IMG/VR virus record: IMGVR_UViG_3300045974_000283
Coordinates: 32,001-96,000 of that record
Length of the DNA: 64,000 nucleotides
Reading direction: 5' to 3' (one strand)
From: a virus
A model generated the notes under the pieces. That model made no database searches, had not been told where the DNA came from, and saw only the letters and a list, made by a program, of their open reading frames with translations. Of this stretch, positions 28,466 to 38,016 are shown one piece after another; position 1 is the first letter of the stretch, and every line of letters begins with the position of its first letter. A program made the translations under genes and the position numbers.

Positions 28466-29908
28466 TTATTCCAGGTATCCGTCGATGTGGACGTTACCCG
28501 CGATGACCTGAGAAGCGGTCGCAGTGCCGACAGGTATACGAAGAAGGATGGCGAAGAAGCGGCCCGCCTCGGTGATGAGCGGAGTTGCAAAGTTGCGTAT
28601 GACAGGCGTCGCGTTGGCACCGATCGCGATGCCGATAGGCAACGACTGCGAACCGAGGTGGTGAACGCGATAGCCGGAAGCGACGGCCGTTGCAGCAGAG
28701 ACAGCGGTACTGTTTGCGCCCGCGCTCCAAGTCAGTAGAGTTGGAGTAGTCGCACCTGCCGCACCGAAGTTCCACGTGTCAATCGCGATACCGTTTACCA
28801 CCAGCGTGAAGCCCGTCGGCACGGTGAAGCCGAACAGAACGTAGTCGGTGACCGCACCCGCGACGGCCGCAAACTGGAACTTACCACCGAGGACGGCAAA
28901 CGACGCCGCCGTGTTGGACAGTGCTGTCGTGGTGGCTTCCGTGCTGTTCGTGTAGTTGCAGTTCTGGACCGAGGTCGCCGGAGCGTTGTTCGAGTGCTGA
29001 TGGTTGCCCGCCATGACCGTCTCGACACCACGAGAGCAATCAGTGTCCAAGACGCCGATAGTGAGCTGACCCAGGATACAGATGCCGAACAACGACGGTC
29101 CAGACACCGCGTTGTAGATCCGCGTGTAGCCTTGCAAGTGAGTCGTGAAGTGGAGCTTCTGGATACCCGTTCCAAGGCCGTACACCGCACGAGCGATGAT
29201 GAGGCCGATGCTCGTGTCCTCGATGAGCAGCGAAATCTGATCGTTCTCAAGGATGATCGTGTACGAGTAATACTTATTCTGGTCGTAGGTGTTGCTGCCG
29301 GTGTAGGTGGGAGTAACCTGACCTACGACCGCACTGTTCTGGTAGATGTTCAGGATCGGGGTGTTGGTCGTCGTGAACTCCATCGCCACCGCGTTGGCCG
29401 GGTTGGCGACGCCGGAGATCACGTCCGCCAGACCGACGGAGACGCTACAGAACGGTTGCCCGCCGAACTTGCCGCGCCATTTCATGACAATCGGAGCGCG
29501 TGGCGAGTACGGGACGCGCTTCGTGGTCCGAAGGTTGTTCACCGCTGAGGCCGTCAGCAAGTTCGTGCTGTTCAAGTTGGCGCCAGAGACCGAGAAAGCA
29601 GACACGAAGGTTGTCGCGGTCGTATCCCAGCGCTGAAGGTTCAGGGTAGCGGATTCCCAGTTCTCCCAGATGAGTGGAACCCACTTGGAGGTGGCAAGAC
29701 CGCCGGAATCATCCACGCGCATGGAGACCGCCGTCTTGTCATTCTGGCCCATCATGACCAGACCAGACTCGCGGGTGTTCACCAGCGAGTAGTTGTTCTG
29801 GATGACAGCCGCGCCACCCGTGTCGTAGAGAGTCGCTCGGGCTGCGAAGGAAACTGCGTCGATCGTTAGGGCTTCACCGCCACCGGCGCCGCTGTTGATT
29901 TGTGGCAT
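28466..29908 (-). CDS. Virion appendage protein with lectin-like beta-sandwich domain(s)
   Basis: Thr/Ala/Gly-rich, beta-strand pattern; last gene of the appendage cassette. Confidence 0.6.
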   Translation of the reverse strand: MPQINSGAGGGEALTIDAVSFAARATLYDTGGAAVIQNNYSLVNTRESGLVMMGQNDKTAVSMRVDDSGGLATSKWVPLIWENWESATLNLQRWDTTATTFVSAFSVSGANLNSTNLLTASAVNNLRTTKRVPYSPRAPIVMKWRGKFGGQPFCSVSVGLADVISGVANPANAVAMEFTTTNTPILNIYQNSAVVGQVTPTYTGSNTYDQNKYYSYTIILENDQISLLIEDTSIGLIIARAVYGLGTGIQKLHFTTHLQGYTRIYNAVSGPSLFGICILGQLTIGVLDTDCSRGVETVMAGNHQHSNNAPATSVQNCNYTNSTEATTTALSNTAASFAVLGGKFQFAAVAGAVTDYVLFGFTVPTGFTLVVNGIAIDTWNFGAAGATTPTLLTWSAGANSTAVSAATAVASGYRVHHLGSQSLPIGIAIGANATPVIRNFATPLITEAGRFFAILLRIPVGTATASQVIAGNVHIDGYLE

Positions 29909-29925
29909 TTAGGATGCTCCAAGAA

Positions 29926-30510
29926 TTAGGGATTGACGAAAGCGTACCGAAGCTGATAAGAGCCTTTCGTCTTGGACGAAGCTCGAATGTGGCAGGTAGA
30001 CTGATTGGTTCCAGAAGCCACAGGAGTGCAGCCGCAGGTGAAACTGATGAACTGTAGCTCGTCAGGAAGAGACGATGGCAGCGACGGAGTCCCGCTGAGC
30101 TCGGGGGAGATCCAGGCTAGAACCTGATTGCCCACATATATCGAAGACGGAGCAGTGATGACAACCGAACACGAGTCAACGAGGATGAGTCCAAAGCTGA
30201 TGGTCTGAACAAAAGACGCCAAGCCGTGCTGACCACAAACTTTCCAGGCGGTGCCCGTCCAGTAGAAGTCCTGATAGTCGAAGTCAGAAGCCGTCGCGAT
30301 GGCCCCCGTCACCAGACCTGAGGTGGGAAAAGATGCATAGGCACCGAGGAAACACTTGGTGATCGGGACCCACTGACCGTTGATGGACTGAACCTGATAC
30401 GGGTCGGTGTACAGAAAATTGTTCGTACGCATCTCCACGATCTTGCCGCGACAGAGGCTCGCGTCAGGCAGATGCGTCACGTCAAAGAATGGTTTGTACC
30501 GGGAGGTCAT
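29926..30510 (-). CDS. Hypothetical appendage-cassette protein
   Basis: Operon packing (overlaps previous stop); beta-rich C-terminus. Confidence 0.6.
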   Translation of the reverse strand: MTSRYKPFFDVTHLPDASLCRGKIVEMRTNNFLYTDPYQVQSINGQWVPITKCFLGAYASFPTSGLVTGAIATASDFDYQDFYWTGTAWKVCGQHGLASFVQTISFGLILVDSCSVVITAPSSIYVGNQVLAWISPELSGTPSLPSSLPDELQFISFTCGCTPVASGTNQSTCHIRASSKTKGSYQLRYAFVNP

Positions 30511-32156
30511 GCAACCCTCCTCATGGCGACGCGGCCTATTTTCAACGAAGCTGTGAACGTGTTGGCGAAGCGCATGATAACGTTCACGTAGATTTCGTCA
30601 TAACTCACCGCCGTCGGCAGGGTGAACTCCGGTATCACAACCTCACCGCAGAAGCCGCCCGAATAGGATTCAGCGCCTGTAGTTATGGCTGGCAATCCGT
30701 AGATTCCATAGGCCGAAGAATAGCGGGCGAATAGGGACGTCGCGCTGTAGGTGTTGGATCCTTCAACGTTGATCTCTATGTAGTCAAGGTTCGCAGCCGA
30801 GACCAAGTAGATCTCAAGACTCGCTTGATACGTCGCCCCTGCAACGAGTCGAGGGGCCATCGGATGAAGTGCCGTAGCGCCACCGAATTTGAAGGTGAAG
30901 AGCGATGCCGAAGAAGTCGCCGTTGCGCTCAGAGCGTACACGTTGTCATAAGACCCGAGCAGGTCTTGCCTCTGCACGAGCGAACAGGCGATAGCGCGCG
31001 ACGCGGCTCCAGATGTGACGACCGTGGACTCCGAATCGATTGTTCCTGTGGCATTCGTATCAGTGGGCGTCGATCCGGTGGCTGAGAACCCTCCGTCGTA
31101 GATGTTTGACGATTCCGTGGAAACCCCATAGCGGTCGTTGGAGTTTGCAGGTCCAATCGAAAGGGGCTGCAATCCCCACTCCGATGCGCGTTCTGCCAGG
31201 AAGAGGCCGCGAGCCCGGTTCGTGAGGTTGTTGTAAGTTAGTGCGTCTCCATTGGAAGCACAGGCTGGAGTGCCCGTGCCGTCACCACCGTTCGTTCCAA
31301 AGGCAGAAGCGTCAACGATCTTGAGGCTTCCACGGGAGTTGGCCGCGAACCATCGTTGCAGAGCTTTGCCAAGATTGCTCATCACTGCGACCTGAGTCGC
31401 CGTCATGGTTGACCACGGAACTGGAATTTCAAACAAGACCAGAAGACGACGATTCAGGCAAAGCGTTAGCATCGAGATCAGATTTGCCAGGATCGTAGCC
31501 GTGGCAACACCCGCGATGATGTCCGTTCGCATCCCAAAGTCGCCGATCACGACCTCAGGTAGCGTTGGGAGTACGATGTTTGTGAACAGCGTGAGCATGT
31601 CCGTCGTGCTGAAGGTCGTACTGAAGTTACCCGCCAAGCGGAATGGACTCCCGATAAGTTTCTGCATCTCAGCGAACGCGGAGAACTGACCCAGACGCTG
31701 CCCGAGAATCACTTTGTAGGCGTTCGTCGAGGTTCCATTGGGAGCTGAGGGGTAGTTGAAACGTACCGAAGTTGCGCTGACTCGGGCGTTTGTGTAACCC
31801 CAGAGATACAGAACGTCCAAGCTGTTGGAGCCCGCTGTGTACGGATAGCAATGGATTAGCGAGTTGATGCAGGTTTGATTGCTCTGCGTCATCGCCGCCG
31901 TTATCAGACCCGATGCCGCCGTAAGACTGCCGATGGCGATGTCGTACTCTTCACACTCGCGGCCCCAATGCTGTGAGCCAAAGAGCACCGTGTCCACTCC
32001 ACGCTCGGTCAGGTAGCTCCAGGTTCCATCACCTTTGAGAAAACTATCGGCATCGGGGGTCCCCGTCCCCAAAGATGCTGGAGTGAGGGTATCCCCCGAC
32101 AGAACCCTGGACAGGTCGTTGTTACTGTCCAGAACGATCGGAGTTTGCTGAGCCAT
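30507..32156 (-). CDS. Fibre/spike protein with degenerate SGNH-like domain and C-terminal carbohydrate-binding-like domain
   Basis: N-terminal anchor shared with 32172-34304; GTGTPDADSFLKGDGTW fibre motif; SGNH-like alternating pattern (inference). Confidence 0.6.
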   Translation of the reverse strand: MAQQTPIVLDSNNDLSRVLSGDTLTPASLGTGTPDADSFLKGDGTWSYLTERGVDTVLFGSQHWGRECEEYDIAIGSLTAASGLITAAMTQSNQTCINSLIHCYPYTAGSNSLDVLYLWGYTNARVSATSVRFNYPSAPNGTSTNAYKVILGQRLGQFSAFAEMQKLIGSPFRLAGNFSTTFSTTDMLTLFTNIVLPTLPEVVIGDFGMRTDIIAGVATATILANLISMLTLCLNRRLLVLFEIPVPWSTMTATQVAVMSNLGKALQRWFAANSRGSLKIVDASAFGTNGGDGTGTPACASNGDALTYNNLTNRARGLFLAERASEWGLQPLSIGPANSNDRYGVSTESSNIYDGGFSATGSTPTDTNATGTIDSESTVVTSGAASRAIACSLVQRQDLLGSYDNVYALSATATSSASLFTFKFGGATALHPMAPRLVAGATYQASLEIYLVSAANLDYIEINVEGSNTYSATSLFARYSSAYGIYGLPAITTGAESYSGGFCGEVVIPEFTLPTAVSYDEIYVNVIMRFANTFTASLKIGRVAMRRVA

Positions 32157-32171
32157 AGACGAGACGGGATG

Positions 32172-34304
32172 TTAAGAGACGCGAACGATGAGCGAATCGG
32201 AGCAGAGGACCATCTTCGTGGTGGAGAGGGCCTTGCCGACACGGACAACCCACCCGGTCGTCGGGGCGGTCGAGGTGAGCGCGCCAGCGGTAGCGCCGCT
32301 GAGGTAGTAGAACGCGTCGGTCGTCAGACCGCCGGACTGACCCGTGACAACGTCCCACTGAACCGTGGTCAGCGTCAGAACGCCAGCCGTTGCGATCACA
32401 CCCGGAGCAGCGTTCGCCACCGAAGCGTCGGTCTGCAGACCCGTGAACTTGCGCGTACCGACAGCGTTGGACTGCGCGAGTTTGTAGGTGCCCGAAGTGT
32501 CAGAGTAGACCGCACGACCGCAGACGATGGCCGAACCTTGGTTGTTCGTCAAGGTCGAGACGGTGGCTTCCTGCGTTGAGGCAACCGAAGAACCACCCGT
32601 GACGCGACCGTAGGTATCCACGGTCACCGAGTAGTAAGTGCCTGGAGTTGCGATGCCGGAAGCAAGGTCGAAAGTCGGATCGCCAGCGGTGCCCGCCGGA
32701 TTCAAGATTGTGATACGGCCCGTGGAAGCAGTCGCCATCGAACGCTGAATCCAGTTGTCAGCGGAGATACGAGCACCGAAGCCGAAACCGCTGATGCCTT
32801 CCAAAGCCGCCAAGTCGTTCGTCAAGGTGAACGTCGGGTTGCCTGCGACACCGTCAGCGTTGCCGATGCTGAAACCCGCAGCCGGAGCCGCCAGCGAACG
32901 AGTCGCCGAAAAACCCGTGGCTGTGATGGCGTACAGACCCGTCGTGGCGATCGCAGCGAGGGCGGTCAAGTCTGAGTCAGCAGGTTGAGCACCGATGTCG
33001 GACGGAGTTGCCGTGGCACCAGCGGTCACACGACCGTAGGTATCAACCGTCAGCTTCGTGTAGGTGCCCGTCGTGACGATGCCGGAAGCGAGGTCAACAC
33101 CAGCGCCCGTGACCGTGATACGAGCTGACGAAGCCGTGTTCACAGAGACGGTGTTCGTGTTGATCAGGATACCGTTGCCTTGGACGAGGTCAGTACCTTT
33201 GTTCAACTGCGTGAACGGAATACCCGTGGTGCCGACCGTCACAGTGCCGACCGGGTTGCAGAGCCATAGCGAGTTCGCGTTGGCCGTGCCCGCGTTGCCC
33301 ACAGGAACGAAGCCACCGGAAAACTCGGTAGCGAGGTCCATGTCAGTGGAACGCGTCAAGACGTAGGCAGCGCCCGCAGAACCGGGATTGGTCACGACGT
33401 AGAGGCCGTTATTCTGCGTGGAAACTTCGTTCTTGACCAGGACCAACATGCCAGCCGTCGTAGCGACGGCGTCCACCGTCAGCAGCGCGTTGCCCGTTGC
33501 GGTCAACGTGGCACCGACGCCGGAAGCGCCGTTGCTGTAGGTGTTCGCAGGAAGAGCCGCCGTCGTGGCGAGGGTGGCCGTCTGCTTCGGGTCCAAGCCC
33601 TGGACGCTGTTGTCAACGTACTGTTTCGTCGCAGCCTGAAGCGCCGAGACAGGGTCCGCTGCGAGGGTCAGCGTACCCGTCATCGTGTCGCCGCCTTTTT
33701 GCAGGTAGCGAGTGTCGGTGATGGGACTGATGTCGCCGATCACGACAGAGGCGGTGCCAGAGACGCGACCGTAAGCATCGCGCGTGATCTTCAGGAGGGT
33801 GCCCGTGCCGGAGTCGGTCAGGGTTGCGAGGTCGAAGTCCGAGTTGCCCGCAGTGCCAGCCGGGTTGGAAATTGTGATGCGAGCGTTGGTCGCTGTGAGT
33901 GTTCGCTGAATCCAGTTGTCAGCAGAGATGCGGACACCGTAACCAAATCCACTGATGGCTTCCAAGGATGCCAAGTCATTGGCGAGTGCGAACACCGGAT
34001 CGCCGGTCGTGCTGTTCGAATTGCTGATGGTCAGGCCAGCGGCGGGCTGTTGAAGAGTGCGAACGGCGAAGGCGCCCGCACCAGTGCGGCCAAGGAAACC
34101 AGCGGTTGCAGGCAGAGCCGCGAGCGCATCCAAGTCGGCATCCCAAGCCTGGACGTTCGTGCCGATAGCGACACCGAGGTTCGTACGAGCCGTTGCGGCG
34201 TCATTGGCGCCAGTGCCGCCCGCCGTGATGTCAACCCAGTCCCCGGTCAGGAACGAGCAGAGGTCGTTGTTCGAGTCAAGATAAATTGGACGTTGCGTAG
34301 CCAT
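32172..34304 (-). CDS. Long Gly/Thr/Ala-rich fibre protein with internal duplication
   Basis: GGTGANDAATARTNLG, ATKQYVD, VLVKNE...QNNGLYVV...LTRSTDMD fibre motifs; duplicated ~105-aa unit. Confidence 0.8.
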   Translation of the reverse strand: MATQRPIYLDSNNDLCSFLTGDWVDITAGGTGANDAATARTNLGVAIGTNVQAWDADLDALAALPATAGFLGRTGAGAFAVRTLQQPAAGLTISNSNSTTGDPVFALANDLASLEAISGFGYGVRISADNWIQRTLTATNARITISNPAGTAGNSDFDLATLTDSGTGTLLKITRDAYGRVSGTASVVIGDISPITDTRYLQKGGDTMTGTLTLAADPVSALQAATKQYVDNSVQGLDPKQTATLATTAALPANTYSNGASGVGATLTATGNALLTVDAVATTAGMLVLVKNEVSTQNNGLYVVTNPGSAGAAYVLTRSTDMDLATEFSGGFVPVGNAGTANANSLWLCNPVGTVTVGTTGIPFTQLNKGTDLVQGNGILINTNTVSVNTASSARITVTGAGVDLASGIVTTGTYTKLTVDTYGRVTAGATATPSDIGAQPADSDLTALAAIATTGLYAITATGFSATRSLAAPAAGFSIGNADGVAGNPTFTLTNDLAALEGISGFGFGARISADNWIQRSMATASTGRITILNPAGTAGDPTFDLASGIATPGTYYSVTVDTYGRVTGGSSVASTQEATVSTLTNNQGSAIVCGRAVYSDTSGTYKLAQSNAVGTRKFTGLQTDASVANAAPGVIATAGVLTLTTVQWDVVTGQSGGLTTDAFYYLSGATAGALTSTAPTTGWVVRVGKALSTTKMVLCSDSLIVRVS

Positions 34305-34333
34305 GAAGGTTCCTTAGAAAGGGGAAACGAGGT

Positions 34334-34720
34334 TTACGGTTCCACCGCAGGAGGCGGGGGAGCGACAGGAGGAGCGGGGATGACGGCCGCTTGGGGCTGA
34401 ACCGCCGACTGAGCACAGATTTGAACAAAGCTCATGTAGACCAGCGGGTGGACGAACGCGCGGATCACCAGAGGTGCGAGAAAGATCACGTCGTGCAGGT
34501 CAAGCTCGATGTGCGAGGCCTGCGAAATCTTGGCAGCGAGCTGCATTTTGTGCCGACGAACGTCCGGCGAGTCCTCCTTGTCAGACTCAGTGACCTGAGT
34601 GACGGCCGACATCAGGACGCCTGACATCTGGAGGATTTCGTTGCCGAAGAGCGCGGGCTTGCCGTTCCACTGGACGACGGGAGAGTCGAGGGGAATGGCG
34701 AAATAGACGGGGGGATTCAT
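34334..34720 (-). CDS. Possible fibre chaperone
   Basis: Small helical protein directly upstream of the long fibre; Pro-rich tail. Confidence 0.45.
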   Translation of the reverse strand: MNPPVYFAIPLDSPVVQWNGKPALFGNEILQMSGVLMSAVTQVTESDKEDSPDVRRHKMQLAAKISQASHIELDLHDVIFLAPLVIRAFVHPLVYMSFVQICAQSAVQPQAAVIPAPPVAPPPPAVEP

Positions 34721-34732
34721 GGTGAAGTTTCC

Positions 34733-35506
34733 TTAGGAGATGCGGACGGGAGGTTGGATTTCGATCTTGAATTCGACAGTGGAGAGGGCGTAGCCTACGC
34801 AAACGACGTAGAGGTTGGACACACCGTCAGGCGGTGATGTGCTCAGGCGCAGCTTGCTGACGACCTGAAAGTCAAGGTAGTAGCGGCGTCCGGCCACGAG
34901 ACCGCCGACGTTATCCGTTACGAGTTGCCATTCGGCGATGCTCTTGACCAGTGACCCTTCAATCTGAATCACACCGACAGAAGACGGTTCCAGAGAGTTG
35001 GAGCCCGTGTAGAGGCCGATGACATTCTTGCCGACGTTGTTGCCGATGGCCGGGCGGATGGCATCCAGGTTCGCACCCGACACCGGGCCTCCGGGCAGGA
35101 CGGGCTCCGACCCCTCGTTGCGAAGGGTGCGGAAAACGTCACCGGAGGAACCGCCGCCACCGCCGCCGGAACCGCCCGCTTGGAAAGGCGTGTTCAGTAC
35201 CGTATCGTCAGCTGCCTGATCGGCGTGAAGGTCGTAGGCGCCACCGATGGACTCACGGTAGAGCTCGTTTCTGTTGGCTGAGTACGCGATGATCTTCAGG
35301 TTGAGACCAGCACGGACCCAGATGTCAATCATCCCGTTGGCATCCGTGTTCATGGTGCCGTGGACGTTCACGGGGGAAACCGAATTCTGAGATTGATAGA
35401 GGCGAACCGGGGGACCGCCCTCTTCACGGATGCTGACCATCGTGTTGACAAGAGGGACAGCATCACGCGAGACAATTTTCCTTCGTAGACGGGCAAGTTC
35501 GTTCAT
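34733..35506 (-). CDS. Appendage adaptor-like protein (257 aa)
   Basis: True start probably MNELARL at 35506; N-domain similar to 44155-45609, poly-Gly linker, C-domain similar to the end of 32172-34304. Confidence 0.65.
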   Translation of the reverse strand: MNELARLRRKIVSRDAVPLVNTMVSIREEGGPPVRLYQSQNSVSPVNVHGTMNTDANGMIDIWVRAGLNLKIIAYSANRNELYRESIGGAYDLHADQAADDTVLNTPFQAGGSGGGGGGSSGDVFRTLRNEGSEPVLPGGPVSGANLDAIRPAIGNNVGKNVIGLYTGSNSLEPSSVGVIQIEGSLVKSIAEWQLVTDNVGGLVAGRRYYLDFQVVSKLRLSTSPPDGVSNLYVVCVGYALSTVEFKIEIQPPVRIS

Positions 35507-35528
35507 GATGTTGTCTCGTGATGATACT

Positions 35529-35554
35529 AGCAGAGCACATAAAAGTGCTCTGCT
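35529..35554 (-). promoter_or_regulatory. CAHTTTTA motif within a 10-bp hairpin upstream of 35506 gene
   Basis: AGCAGAGCAC-TTTTAT-GTGCTCTGCT. Confidence 0.45.
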
Positions 35555-38016
35555 CAAAGGTCGAAGATCGTGTACGGCCCGCTCGGCGGCGTGAAATTGC
35601 TCCCGTTGTAACCGTGACCGCCTGACTGATAGCGGAACTCGTCGAGCGAACTGCCGCCTCGGAGGTAGTTGGCAGCGGTCGTCGAAGCCGCGATGTAGAA
35701 GTCGTACGTTCCCGTGTCGGTGCCCATGGACTGAGTCTGCGAACCAAGGATGACGCCATCTGCCGCGAGATACCAAGTGCCCGCGAGGTAGAACACCGCG
35801 AGGTGAACGAAGGTGCCGTCGCCGCCCGGTTGCCACTGACTCTTGGGAAAGGTCAGTGTCGTGAGAGTTGAGCTAGGAACCGTCGCGACGTTCAGCTTCA
35901 GGTCGCCACCACCGCGAATTTCCAGTCGGCAGACCGGAGCGCTGCTTCCGCCTGCATAGACAGAGAAGAGCGAGTAGATCGTAGCCGAGGAGGCGTTCGT
36001 TTCCACCCATCGCGCTTGCATGTCCGCAGCGAAGTCGGCTCCAAGCGTGAACAGCGAACCGTCGGTGACCGCGAGCTTCCGAACCCGGAAACTGCTCGAC
36101 ACACCACGGATAGAGCCGCTGCCGAACTTGCCAGCGTTGAAGGCGTAACTTCCCGTGTCCCAAGAGATGAGGCCGCGTTCTTCCACGACGTCGTTGTTGA
36201 AGTGGAACAGCGCCTTCAGATACGGGTTGATCGTAGGAACTGTGACCGGGTCCACGAAAGCGTAACTCAGGCTCTCGGTGGCGAAGTGCGGCTTCGTGCC
36301 ACTGATGCGCGTATAACCCAGGAGTCCCACACGGTCGCGTCGCTCGAAGTCGTCGAAGTAGGCGACTGCGTGACCGGACGTTTCGTTGGCGATGCACAAC
36401 GCGAGCGCAGGCGCATCGTAGAAGCCGGAGGCGTTGTTGTTGAACAGGTTGTAGTTGACAGCGTCGAAGCTGTAGTGGAAAGACACCTGTCCAGTGTTGC
36501 TGTCGCGCAGAATCTTCAGCCAGATCGGATCAGACATTGTCTTGCCCGCAGCCGTGTGAATCTCCGACTCGGAAATCACCCCGTAATAGTTCGTCGGTGA
36601 GTTCCACGCGTCGATGGTCAACTTCCAGACGTAGGCCGAGCCGTCGTAGCGGCGCTTCATGCCAAACAAGAAGTATCCGTAGGTGCCGAAGTTGATCAGA
36701 GCAATCCCAGCGGTCGCGCCACCCACCGACTGAACGACCGCGAAGGTGAGTTTCACGCGGTATTCGTTGGCGGCTTCCATCACCATGTTCTGCTGAACAC
36801 CGCGCAGAGGATACGTCCCGCCCGGCTCGTCGAGCACGAGCTGACCGCCAGAGACAGCGGACGTCGCGGTCTCTTGATTGAACCAGTACCAAGGGATGGA
36901 GCCCGGACGCCGTGTGCCCGTAGTGTCGATGTCAGTGCCCACCGAAAAGCGGTCGGTCGCCGGGTCAACGTCCACTGTGGAGACCCAATCGAACTGCGCC
37001 AGCGAAGTGTCGTAGTCGTCCACAGCATTGTAGACACCGCTGCAAATCAAGTGCTGACCATCACGTGTCCACAGCGCTCGCCCGAGGCCGGAGCCGTTCG
37101 GCGGACCTGCCGTAACCTGCACCAGATTGTAAACAAGCTCCGACGTCTTGTGGAACAGGTAGAGTCGCTGCCAGAACGAGTTGGACGTTGACGTCACTGC
37201 GAGGTACTGTTTGTTCGGCGTCCACGCGACACCGCGAGAAGAACCAGAATCGCTCGGGCTCGGCAAGCCATTCAAGGCGATGTTCTGAAATGTGGAACCG
37301 TTGTAGTGGTAGGCGAAGGCGACGGCGGTCGCGCCGTTGTCGCCACCGACAGCGAGGTTCAGGCTGTCATCGCTCCACTCCAAAGCCCACCCACCGAAGG
37401 TCGGAAGGTCTTGCTTGAAGGTGAACGTGTCATTTCCGTTGACCGTGAAGACGCGACAGGTCGTCGAGCTCCACAGCATCGCTATGAAGTTTCCGTCCGG
37501 CGAGAAGGCCATCGCCTTGGCGGGGTTCAAGCCCGAACCGAACAAGTTGGCGGTCTTCACGTACTGACCGCCCGTCAAAAGGTACGACCAGATGTAAGGA
37601 GTGGACCCCGAGACAACGAGCCAGCGGCCGTCCGGGGATATGGCCGTGCTCAGGAAGTAGTCGTTCGAGTAGACGTAGTTGTCAATCGCGTCGTGGCCCA
37701 AGTTCTCCAAGACGCCGTTCGTGTGCGAGTAAAGCACGATAGACGGTGAATAGGTGTTTCCGTTTGCACTGATGTTGACGGAAGCCAACACGGTGCCACC
37801 TGGATTGAATCCACCAGAAACACGGTACAGATACGAGACGTTGCCTTGAGCGTAGGCCGGAGTGTCCATCAGTGTGTAGACATTCGGGGGATCAAATCGG
37901 TACAGGAAAAGGTTCTTGGTGCCGCCGCCAGACTTGTCCCCGAGGACGGCCAGATAGAAGTTCTTCGAAGGCACCGAAGCGCCCGCCTTGGAAGCCGTGA
38001 GCAGGAAGCCGAACAT
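35554..38016 (-). CDS. Beta-propeller (WD40-like) plus LamG-like domain virion protein
   Basis: Repeated xSPDGxxLAV / WTPNKQYLAV blade motifs; C-terminal ALFHFN...LDEFRY...FTPPSGP LamG-like signature. Confidence 0.75.
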   Translation of the reverse strand: MFGFLLTASKAGASVPSKNFYLAVLGDKSGGGTKNLFLYRFDPPNVYTLMDTPAYAQGNVSYLYRVSGGFNPGGTVLASVNISANGNTYSPSIVLYSHTNGVLENLGHDAIDNYVYSNDYFLSTAISPDGRWLVVSGSTPYIWSYLLTGGQYVKTANLFGSGLNPAKAMAFSPDGNFIAMLWSSTTCRVFTVNGNDTFTFKQDLPTFGGWALEWSDDSLNLAVGGDNGATAVAFAYHYNGSTFQNIALNGLPSPSDSGSSRGVAWTPNKQYLAVTSTSNSFWQRLYLFHKTSELVYNLVQVTAGPPNGSGLGRALWTRDGQHLICSGVYNAVDDYDTSLAQFDWVSTVDVDPATDRFSVGTDIDTTGTRRPGSIPWYWFNQETATSAVSGGQLVLDEPGGTYPLRGVQQNMVMEAANEYRVKLTFAVVQSVGGATAGIALINFGTYGYFLFGMKRRYDGSAYVWKLTIDAWNSPTNYYGVISESEIHTAAGKTMSDPIWLKILRDSNTGQVSFHYSFDAVNYNLFNNNASGFYDAPALALCIANETSGHAVAYFDDFERRDRVGLLGYTRISGTKPHFATESLSYAFVDPVTVPTINPYLKALFHFNNDVVEERGLISWDTGSYAFNAGKFGSGSIRGVSSSFRVRKLAVTDGSLFTLGADFAADMQARWVETNASSATIYSLFSVYAGGSSAPVCRLEIRGGGDLKLNVATVPSSTLTTLTFPKSQWQPGGDGTFVHLAVFYLAGTWYLAADGVILGSQTQSMGTDTGTYDFYIAASTTAANYLRGGSSLDEFRYQSGGHGYNGSNFTPPSGPYTIFDL

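Noticed and set aside
28191-28511. 106-aa plus-strand ORF amid the late operon
   Set aside because: Overlaps two minus-strand genes; no promoter or RBS support.
35507-35836. N-terminal extension of the 34733-35836 ORF
   Set aside because: Overlaps the preceding gene out of frame and crosses the intergenic hairpin; real start is more likely 35506.
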